DNA of 64,000 bases from Eledone cirrhosa (lineage: Eukaryota): the NCBI GenBank assembly GCA_964016885.1, contig OZ024740.1, positions 213,342,001-213,406,000 on the forward strand. The letters run 5' to 3'. Positions 13,098 to 24,600 of the stretch are shown here, piece after piece. A program made the translations under genes and the position numbers. The notes beneath the pieces were generated by a model, which saw only the letters and a list, made by a program, of their open reading frames with translations, was not told the DNA's origin and ran no database searches. Numbering within the stretch: the stretch's first letter is position 1; each line of letters begins with the position of its first letter.

Positions 13098-13752
13098 CAT
13101 CATCATTTTACGTCCGCTTTTCCCTGTTTGCAAGGGTGGGACATATATATATATATATATAAGGAAAAAAGATGAAATCGAAAATGCAACTGGAGTCTTT
13201 TTTTAGAAAAATATACATATTTATTTGGTTCCTTTACCGGTTTTGCAGTTCTTCTGCTTTTCAAAAGTAGAGTTGAGATGGAGGGTCTGTGGTTTTTGTC
13301 ACATCAGATGTGAGAAAAACCACAGACCGTCAACAAACCAACAAGCATTGGTGGGAGCGCAAACACAAACGCAAAGACACACACAGACATATATACATAT
13401 ATACGACGCGCTTCTTTTACTTTTGGTCTATTAAATCCACTCACAGGGCTTTGGTCGGCCCGGGCAGTGGGACTGAACCCGGATATGTGTGGTTGGGAAA
13501 CAAGCTTCTTGTCACACAGCGCATATATATATATGTGTGTGTGTGTTATCAAATTAACAATGAAAATAAGAACAAAGTCAAGTTACTTTATAACTTTGTT
13601 TTTATTTTGTTGTTTTTATTTTTATTGTTAATTTAATACCTAATATCTGACTCTGTATCTAAAGAATTAATTCAGCGAAACACAGAACTTCTCTATGGAT
13701 TTTACAAGATTACATTGAGTTCTATCCAGAGGTAGACCAGACTGAAAAAATA

Positions 13753-13788
<36 letters not shown>

Positions 13789-14724
13789 ATAATATATCAT
13801 CATCATCGTTTAACGTCCATATTCCACGCTTGCATGGGTTTGGACGGGGGTTTTCCCACTTGAGGCAAGAGTGGTTGTCTTGCTCGCATAGGACTGTCTG
13901 GCGGGTTTTCTATGGCTGGATGCCCTTCCTAACACCAACCACATTTACAGTGTGGGTCTGGGAGGTTTTTACTACTGTGTTACCTACACGGCCACATTAC
14001 AGCGTGGACTGTGTGTTTTTTTTGTCGTGACACCTACACGACCTCATTTGTTTTGGGCTGGATGTTGTGACACCAACATAACTTTACATTGAAAGGGTGG
14101 TGTATATATATATATATAAATCTACATACATACATTTACCTATGTATATAGCTATACATTTGCATATATACATGCATTTATATTTAAGTGTGTAAGGATG
14201 TTGACATGATTTATGTTTTTTATTGGTAAGGAGAAAATTTTGACTCCAGATTTTATTACCTAGGGAGATTAAATACCACAGTTCTGGCTGAAGGCTAACC
14301 AGGTTCTCAACCTCATCAAACACCAACGCTGGCCTGTGTTAGTATATATGTGTATGTATGTATGTATGTATGTATGTATGCATGCATGTGTGTGTATATT
14401 TATGTATACACCCACACCTTTCACCACCATTGCTTCTTTTTCTTGTCGTTTCTGTTGTCAAAGTTGAAGTTGTCCTTACTTTCATTTTCTTTGATTTCTT
14501 TCGTTTTTTCTTTTATCTCCCTAGGGAATTCGTTGGCAAGCTTCTTTTATTTATTTTCTTCGTTTTCTTCATTCAAATGCAATCCCACTGGCTGTCTCAG
14601 AGACGTACAAATGTGGCTTATAAAACTTATCTAAGTAAATAGCCTCCCAGTGCCCCCCTAGCGCCCTCCAAAGCTTCAAAACGCCGCACTGGAGCTCCGA
14701 AACGCCCCCCGTTGAGAACCTTTG
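11967..14724. mobile_element. Non-autonomous hAT DNA transposon, 2758 bp
   Basis: Perfect 14-bp TIR CAAAGGTTCTCAAC/GTTGAGAACCTTTG; 8-bp TSD ATCTAAAA (11959-11966, 14725-14732); subterminal AAACGCCCCC motifs at both ends. Confidence 0.85.
12668..12810 (+). mobile_element. tRNA-headed SINE family A
   Basis: ggcgcatggcttaatggttaga A box, gagttcaattc B box, family core. Confidence 0.8.
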
Positions 14725-15082
14725 ATCTAAAACATACCATAATGAGGCTGTTTGTTTACAAACGAATAGATTATTATTATTATCATTCGATATAAAACTC
14801 ACCAATACATTTATTGCTCGGAACCTTTTCCCCTTCTTCTTTTCCCAATTCCCACTTTTCTTGCGTGCTGATCAAATTCTTAAATGAATGAAATACGTTT
14901 TATTAATAAAAAATTTATTTATGATGCTAAACATAAAGACCTACAAGGACACATCATAAAATGTAGTCCAAGATAAATTATACCTAGGGAAAAAGACGGA
15001 TGGTCACGGCTGGAACGGCTGAATATTGTTAATAAAAGACCTGCTTCAAGTGTGCACTAGAGTTAATCAACAGTAATGTAAT

Positions 15083-15442
15083 TGACGTCATTACTAATGT
15101 ATCAAAACTGGTGTTGACTTGAACAATGTTTACATTTGGTTATAAATGATGTCATTTATTTTAAACTTGTGCGACTTTTAATTGACAAAAATATATTAAC
15201 TTACATGCAAAACCTAAGAAATATTAATGAAGGTTATATTATACAGTAATGCCAACTTTGGAAGTAATTCAACCCTCCGCATTTTTTTTTTTTTTTCTGG
15301 AAAGAAAAAAACAGAAGAAACATAGAAATATTTAAAAACTATCATATGACGACATAAGACAGAAGTAATTATGATATTACGAAACTATTATTGAGTTTCT
15401 CAAAGAATGTTTCTAGCTCTGCTGATGAGCATAACACGTGAC
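15083..15442. promoter_or_regulatory. Putative YME1L1 proximal promoter motifs: CRE TGACGTCA (15083-15090) and E-box CACGTGAC (15435-15442)
   Basis: Exact consensus CpG-containing motifs within 500 bp upstream of the ATG; TSS not determinable from sequence. Confidence 0.35.
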
Positions 15443-15566
15443 AGTAACATGTTCGACCCGGTACAATCTCATTAAAATCTGTATGATCCATTTATTTTAA
15501 AAAAATAATTGTTTCATTGCTTGTGTTCGATACATTTTAACCGATACAAAGGAATTCCCAATTGAA

Positions 15567-15596
15567 ATGTTTTCTAATAATGCTATTTTACCACAG
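15567..15596 (+). CDS. YME1L1: YME1L1 coding exon 1 ([10 protein letters not shown])
   Basis: ATG, then CAG|gtaagg donor; resembles the vertebrate YME1L1 N-terminus MFS...PQ|VT; phase 0 fits exon 2. Confidence 0.8.
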
Positions 15597-17639
15597 GTAA
15601 GGATTTCATATTCTTTTGTCTTCTTCTTACGCCAAATGTTAAGTGATGAATGTTCAATGTCATATTCATTTCATCTAGAGTCAACCTTTTGTCGGATTAT
15701 CTTCGTATCTAAACATTGTTTGGTGATATTTTCTAGTAAAACCCGTCTAGTATATATTTTTTATTAAGAAATATTATTTCCACTAATTTTTAACAGTAGC
15801 CATTCTTCCAATGAATGCTAGTATTACGTAATCACTTATGAAGTATATTAAAGACATCTACATCCCAACCAAACCTTTTTAGTAAAACGTCTGAATTTTT
15901 TTTAACATTGGTTGATTTCCCCCAGATTCTTTGAAATAACGATCATTATGATTACTCCTATAATAATACAACTGGATATAGATGGCTTAGTTTAATCTGT
16001 TTATTGGATATTATCATATCACCTTGTTTGCCTTTTAATAATCAATAAGGTGTCGAGCACTACAAGATAAACAATGAACGAGCTGAATTTGCGACAAGGC
16101 TTCGATTTCTATTTGAAGTTGTTTAATTTTGCTTAACTACTAGGTTCTTTAGAAAGGTTTGAACGTTACAACTTTTCAGGCATCATCATAAAATCCCCCA
16201 GGCAGTGTGTCTATTTAAACTAAATCAGTATGACTCATTTAAATAAACTCGAGACAATAGCGCACCGACTGATGCTTCTTGTAAACAGTTCGATAGCACA
16301 TTGTTTCATCGATGCTAACTTTACCTTTCATCTACCCGAGGTCGAAACAAAATAAGTATCTACAAAATATTAAAATCGATTTACTCGATCCTACTCATGT
16401 CCTACGAAATAAAACTTGGCTTTGCTCCAGTGTAAAAGAAATCAATATGATTGTTATTAGGTCATTGGGTTTTTTGAGTAGTCGCTAATGAGTAGAAGAG
16501 ATACTTAGCACGATTACAAGTTCAATACATGTCAGGGTCATGCTGGCATTATACAAGGTTTGGTTGTGTATTTTCTGTCTCGGGGGAACCAGTCCCTTCA
16601 ACAAGATCAAATAAAAATGATTAATTGTTTTAATTACACTATTAAACATACAGTTAAAGAATGAATAGTTTTTCATGTTAGTGTGTATCGTGTCTCTTAA
16701 AATGCTAGTTCTGATGATCAAGCTGACCTATAAGTGTCCGATTCTGTCTTTTTTTCGGACTGTATATCGAGTACCATATTATCCAATATCCTCTTACTGT
16801 TTTTTTTTAATTGCGAAGAAATTTGGCTGCTATTTCTACCATGTCGAACGAACTTGTAGAGACTCTTAACTCATTGAGGACGATTCGAAGAACTCTAACC
16901 TCCAAAATATTGGTCTTATTTAATAAGAACTAAACATACGCATAATGCGCCCTGGGATGTAATATTTCCTTGATGTTTCGTTGCTATTTCTAGCATGTCG
17001 AAAGACTTTCCCGTTATTACTATTTCCGGGACCTTGCCTGTCTCTGCTGTCATTGTCTTCAGAGAAACAACTTTCTGACTTCCATTCTAGTAGTTCCAAT
17101 TACGAATGCTATGTACACTGATTATAATTATAACAATACTGTCATTTCTTAGCTACTCAGTGCCGTAATATTCACTTCACTTCCAAACGGCCATTATCAT
17201 TTACTATTGTCGTGTTAATTAGTAAAATGCAGTGGTTGTTGTTATTTTGGGGTAGTACAGGTGGTGGAGGAGGGTCTTGAAGTTACGTGCTCTCGGGTTT
17301 TCAATTCACGATCTTAAACTCGTAGGTGCGGTTCATGGGGGTCGGGCGACGCGTTGTGTTCTAGAGAAAAATATTTTATTCCATGTTGCGACAGGTAAAT
17401 AGTATCAGAAATGGAAAAGACCTATGGGAACTTTGTCTCACAATAGATTCCTTTTTTGTCTTGCAAGAACTATATTGAATTTGTTGTATGTTAACTAATG
17501 ATCTATCTCTGTTTCCAATAGAAATATTTCATACCAAAACTTTTTAAATACAGTAGATTAGCTTTTGTACTCAGAGGTAATATGTGCATATATATTTATA
17601 TATCAGCTCTGATAAGATTTATGTATGTTTAACATATGC

Positions 17640-17701
<62 letters not shown>

Positions 17702-18567
17702 CTTTGGGAAGGTCATGCTGCCAATAAAAACACATGCACCTGTTGGTTTTCACTTCAATTTATTACAAATTTCCGGTTGGTTCAATAGCCGGATGGTTGT
17801 TTGTATATTGTCAAAGCTCTTTCGTCACACATTCTGTGATCCCTTCAGTGACTGATTTGTTATTTTGTGTCTCTCCTTTTTCTGTCCTATACCTTGTTTT
17901 TGTGTGTTGTCAACAAAAACAAGATGGTGTAGGACAAGAAGGAGTGACACAAAATAACAAATCAGTCACTGAGCAGGTCACAGAATGTTTGAATAAAAAG
18001 CTTTGACAATATATAAACAATCATCCGGTTATTGAATCGATCAGAAATTTGTAATAAATTGAAGAGAAAACCAACAGTGCCATGTGTTTTTATTGGCAGC
18101 ATGACCTTCCCAAAGAATAACAATATTTGTTTCAACACACGTTTTCAGATAGGAAAACTTGCAAAATAAATTAAAAAACGAAGTATATATATATATGCAC
18201 AATTGGCATACATCTATTTAAGGTGGAGCAGATAATGTTGATAGAACTCAATGCAACGTCGTAGTAGATTCATCAAGGTAATGTTTTCAGGGCTTAAGTT
18301 TTTGTGGTTGACACCGGTTACATAAGGTATCTTTGAAGAATGTGCACAGGCTACAGTATCATTAAAATATGTGTATTTTCAACAATGAATATATATATAT
18401 GAAAAGATTCAGGACCCTGACAGCTGAGCTCCGGCCGTTTCGACACGACAGCTAGTTCGGATCTAGCTGTCAGGGTCCTGAATCTTTTCATATTACCCAC
18501 TTTACTACCCCAAGTATTGAGTACTCTGGTGGGTTATGGTCCACCTGTTTTTTTTACCACACCCTAC

Positions 18568-18633
<66 letters not shown>

Positions 18634-21600
18634 TAATAAATGAAACAAAACAAAATATAGGAAGCAAAATTAGTTATATTAGGTTTATATATATATACAC
18701 ATATGTATATAATCATTATTTAACACACACATACATATGTGATGATGATGATAATGACCATCATTATTTAACATCCATCTTTCCACATTAGTATAGGTTA
18801 CACAAGTTGTCCTGTTGTGAGGCTAGCCAGATCAGATGATCCTGTCTTGCTCATACAGAATTGTGGGCTGGGTGATTTTTATTGTCAATAAAACCACATT
18901 ACAGGGTGGACTGGGTGTGTGTGTGTATATATATATATAAATATAAATAAAAAAGTTTCTCCCTACGTTCAAAAGGATAGCTGTATGATGTCTCTGTATG
19001 AAGTACAATGCTGCATGGTAGCGAATCATGGGCAGTGACTGCAAAGGACATGCATAGACTGAAGAGAAATGAAACTACCATGCTTCATTGGATGTGCAAT
19101 GTAAATGTGAGAAAAAGGCAGAGCCTGGATGAACTGAGAGGGAAGCTGGGTTTAAGAAGAATATGAAGTGGGGTGCAAGAAAGAAGACTGCATTGGTACG
19201 GACATGTGATGCACATAAATGATGAAGAAATGCCAGCAAATACCAGTGTAAAGAAGCTGCAGCAGAGGTAGACCAAGAAAGACCTTGGCTGAAGTGGTGA
19301 GAGCTGATCTTAAATTGCTAGAAGAGATGACAAAGGAACGCATCAAATGAAGAAATGCTGTGCTGAAAACGACCTGTCCAACCCATGCGAGCGTGGAAAA
19401 ACGGACATAAAACAATAATAGTAGGTTTGACTGGGCCATATATATATATATATCATTGTTTTACATTTACTTTTCCAGGCTTGTATGGGTTGGACAGGTT
19501 TTTTGCATCACAAGATCCCTCCATTCATTGCAGTCCTTCGTCATCTGCTCTGTGACCATCAGCAGTTTGAGATCAGTTCTCACAATATCTACCTAGAATT
19601 TCTTTGATTTCCCTCTACTGCAGCTTCCTTCTACTGGGATTTCTTGGCACTTCTTCATCCAACAACCATCATCCATACACATGTCCATACCAATGTAGTT
19701 TTCTCTCCTGCACACTATATCTGATTATTTTTATATCAAGCTTTTCTTACAGCTCATCCATGGTTTGTTGTTCATCTTTATTAATATTGTACATCCATTG
19801 GAGTATGCTTGCTTTATTCCTCTCGAACCTTTGCATATCTTCTGCATTCACTGCCCATATTTTGCTATCATTCAGCATTGTACATTGGCATCATACAGCT
19901 GACCTTTTGTTTGTAGAGCGAGACCTTTTATTGTCAACAAAGGTAGTAGCTCCTTGAACTTATTCCTTCTCGTTCTTATTCTAGCTACAATGATCTCAGA
20001 GCAACCTCCTCCTCTATTAATTAGATCACCTAGTTTGCAGAAGCTACGAATCCTTCCTGTAATTGGACAAAGCTTGCTTCACTGATTCTCTTACTACCAA
20101 CTACTACACCTCTTGCTACTCTTTTTCTACATATTAAGTAAAACCACTTTCCTAATAGGATCAGGGCCCTGTCTTCTTCCCTACTAACTAAAACTTTAGT
20201 TTTTCCCAAGTTTACTCTGTTTTTTTTTAATTCTAAGTTCTGTTTCTTCTTTAGCTCTTCCACTGATTGGGCTATAAGAACCAAGTTGTCAGTATACTGT
20301 ATTTCCCATGGACAACCAGTCTTAAACTCCTGTTATGACCTGGAGAACTATAATAAACAGTTGTGGGCTGAGGACTGAGCTCTGATGAATGCCTCTGATA
20401 CTCTTATTACAAGACATTAGCAAATCTCCTGCTTTCAGTTTCTTTGCATGCTATATACCTGTTGTCTAGCTTCTCTTATAGCTACCTGGTACTGACCTTT
20501 GCTGCTCCCATCTTCCTAATATTTCCACACCTTCTCTTGGTTTTAGCAGCTCTATATAGTGTTATTCCACCACCAGGTTATCCTCTGTCTTGTTGATATT
20601 TTGCTCCAGCCACAAGCCTCATCAGTAGCTTATAGTAGATTCTCTTGTAGAAATTTCTAATTGTCTTCTGTCTCATATATATCTAACTTCTCCATCTTGG
20701 CATATGCATTTTTGTGGGCCTTTCTGAACCTATATTTAACAGAATTCCTTTAGCTTCCAAACTTTCCCCATTAAGATTTCCATGCATTTGTTGTTTCCCT
20801 TTGTGCTTATTCTGATGTCAGTCATAATTATTTTGTGTGGTGCATTTTTCTCCAGGAAGGGTCTTACATTCATAAGCAATTACCCACACTGCTTTTTAAC
20901 AGGTAAAAAAATCAATCTGCCTTGTGTGTTCACTTGATTCGTAGGTGATCAGGTGGCTGACTGGTTTCTTTATATTAGTGTTGTACCACAGAATTCTAAG
21001 AACCTTGTTCCCTCTTCATTTCTTGAGGCCCTAACCATAGCCATTGTCTACTGCCGCCTAGTCATCCTGTGGCTGTCCAACATGTCCATTGAAGTAGCCA
21101 GCTAAGATGATGAGGTCTTTGTCATCTGTAACTGAAGTTGTCTGTAGAAGTTCCTCATAGAAATAGTCCATATTCAATAAGTGTAGTATATGTGTATCAT
21201 CATCATCATCGTTTAACATCTATCTTCCATGCTCGCAGGGGTTAGACGTGTTTGTCCCATTTAGAGGCAAGTTGAGTCGGTGACCATGCCTCGCTCATAT
21301 AGGACTGTTTCTGGCTGGTTTTCTACGGCTGGATGCCCTTCCTAATGCCAACCACATTTACAGTCTGTGCTGGGTGTTTTTTGCCGTATCTCCTACATGA
21401 CCACTTTACAGTGTGGACTGGGTGCTTTTTGTTGTGACACCTACACGACCAGTTTACAGTGTGGGCTGGATGTTTTGTGGTACCAACATAATATATATAT
21501 ATCTTATGATGATGATGATATATATATATATATATTTGTGTGTATATAAATATATTATCATCACCCATTTTACGTCTATTTTTCCACGCTAGCATGGGTT

Positions 21601-24600
21601 AGATAAGTTGTCCTGTTGTAGGAAATGTTAGGTCAGGTGACCATGTCTTGCTCATACAGAACTGATTCTGGCTTGGTTTCTACAGCTGGATGCCCTTCCT
21701 AATGCCAACCTCATTTACAGTGAGTACTGGGTGCTTTTTGTTGTGACACCTACATGACCACTTTACTGTGTGGTCTAGATGCTTTTTGTTGTGACACCTA
21801 CATGACCACTATCCATATATGGATGTTAAACGCTGATGATGATGATAATGATGACATGATTTTAGAGGAAAGAAGTAAAAATTTTCCATTTATTCTCTTG
21901 TTTAAATATATATATATATATATATTAAATCATCATTATTTAAAGTCTATTTTCAATGCCTGCATAAGTTTGGTGACTAGGTCCTGCTCATACATTTTGT
22001 TTTGGTTAGGTTTCTATGGTTGGATTCCTATTCCTAACAGCAATCAATCTATTGGGAGCATGGCTTCCACAGCTGGATGTCCTTCCTAACCACAATCACT
22101 TTACAGCATGTACTGGGTGCATTTTAATGTGACTCCAGCACTGCTATTTTGGGGATTGGGGTGCAGACATTGCACTGCTTGAGGGAGAGTCATAGTGATG
22201 GCCAGAGAAAGGCATCTAGCTGTAGAAAACTGGTGCCATGATTTATTGCAATAGGTAGAGCATGGGACAGTATGCAAGTGAGATGCGAGCTCCTGGCACA
22301 TCAGATTAATCGATATAGAGTGCAGGAACATATGTGGTATATCCTCGACTGACTTTATCAGGAACTCAGGCATTTCCTCCAATTGAGTCAAAGTTTTTTG
22401 GTTTTGAGCTATAAGCTTCTTCCTTTGCCCACCCCCACAGGAAAAAAAATCTCATGGCATTAAGACAGGGTTTCTAGCTGGCCATTCATGTGGACCTTGA
22501 TGACCCAGCCCACATTATGGAAATTGGACATCAAGCTACTCACGGTCAGTGCATACAAAATGAGAGGCCCCATTTTGTATGAATATGAGGTCACTGATAT
22601 TGTTCCTAGTGGTCACAGTAGGCCAAAAGTTATATGTGATTTTTAATTGGGAGTTTCTTCCCAGCCACCCTGTATATTCCAATTACTACTGTTACTTGAA
22701 CTATTATTCATGAAAGCTGATCCCAAATCACTGAGACTCACAGATAATGGTACACGGTGAGTGGAGATATGTTGTGCTGAAATGGACCCATCCAACCCAT
22801 GCAAGCATGGAAAAACATGTGATGATGATGATGATAAATTATTGTATATAGGCTTGGGCTGAATGACATGTTTATTATATAGCAGTTCTCATCTAAAGAA
22901 TATGAGCATAATATGATTATTATAAGTATATAGGAGATAATTACATAATGTGATGCAGGTACATTGACTATTTGCAAACAAACTTCCAGAAACCTGCCAA
23001 TCACCTAATAACCTACAAATCTGGTGAGCACATAAGCCAGATTGACTTCTTACTAGTTAGGCAGCGGGACAGGTAGATAGTGTCTAATACCAAGGCATAC
23101 CCTGGGGAAGAATGTACCCCACAGCATAGGTTAGTTGTTAGTGATATCTCAGTAAGCAAGAGATGGAATGAGACATACAGGAAGGTGTGGAGAAGAAAGG
23201 TCTGGAAGCTAAAAGACCTTTCACTAAAATACAAATTTAGGAAAGCCCTTCAAGATGTATATGACGAAAAAGAAGTTGATTTAGAGACGTATGACATAGA
23301 TAATAACTGGAATTTCTTACATGACAACTTGCTACAGGCTACTGATGAAACTTGTGGCTGGAGCAGAGCCCCAACCAGACAGAGAGTGACCTGGTGGTGG
23401 AACAGCACAGTAGATAAGGCCATTAGAGACAAAAGACTAGCTTAAAAGGGTGGGAGTAGGGAAGAATATACAGCCACTAAGAGAGAAGCTAGACGTCAGG
23501 TGTACTTAGCACGCAGGGAGGCAGAGAGCAGGAGGTTTGCCAATGTTCTGCGACGGGAAGATCAGAGGCGTGCGGTGTTCCACATTGCAAGGCAGTGTGT
23601 CAATGCAAATCGGGATGTTGTTGGAGATAAATGTGTCCGGGATGATGCCGGTGTACTTAGTGTCATGAATGATCAGAAAAAGGAGGCCTGGAAATGTCAT
23701 TATGAGAGACTGATGAATGTGGAGAACGAATGGGAGAGAGAGAAATTACCCTTGGTAGATCCGACAGAGGGACCAGCTTTTGAGATTGACGAATATAGGC
23801 TCCAAGAGGCGATTAGGGAAATGAAAAATGGTAAGGCTGCTGGACCATCGGGAATAGTTGCTGAGATGCTGAAGGCATCAGAAGACGTTGGCACTAAACT
23901 GGTTGCACGCATCATCAATCAGGCTATATATGGTGATGTCATACCCAAAGACTGGTGCAGCAGTATTCTCATAAATTGCTACAAAGGTAAAGGAGATGCT
24001 CTGGAGAGGAGTAATTATAGGGGTATAAAACTGATGGATCAGGTTATGAAAGTGGCAGAAAGGATATTAGCACAACTAATTAGAGAAAGGGTCAAACTAG
24101 ATGAGATGCAGTTTGGTTTTGTGCCTGGGAAGAGTACAACAGATGCCCTCTTCTTGGTGAGACAATTGCAAGAGAGGTTCTTAGAGAAAAATAAGCCACT
24201 ATACTTAGCCTTTGTTGACCTAGAGAAGGCCTTTGATAGGGTACCCCGATCTGTCATCTGGTGGTCCCTAAGGAAGCTAGGTGTTGAGGAATGGCTTGTG
24301 AGGACAGTGCAAACTTTGTACAGAGGTACTCTCAGTAAAGTCGAGGTAGGAATGGAGTTTAGTGAGGAATTCCAGATACAAGTAGGAGTACATCAAGGTT
24401 TGGTCCTCAGCCTGTTCTTGTTCATTATAGTCCTCCAAGCCATAACAGAGGAGTTTAAGACTGGCTGTCCATGGGAACTTCTCTATGCTGACGATCTGGT
24501 TCTTATAGCAGAATCAGTCGAGGAGCTAGAAAATAAATTCTGGCTATGGAAACAGCAGTTGGAAGCAAGAGGACTGAGAGTGAACCTAACTAAGACAAAA

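Noticed and set aside
15422-15456. CTGATGAG...TTCGAC hammerhead-like string near the promoter
   Set aside because: GAAA box absent and no closing stem I
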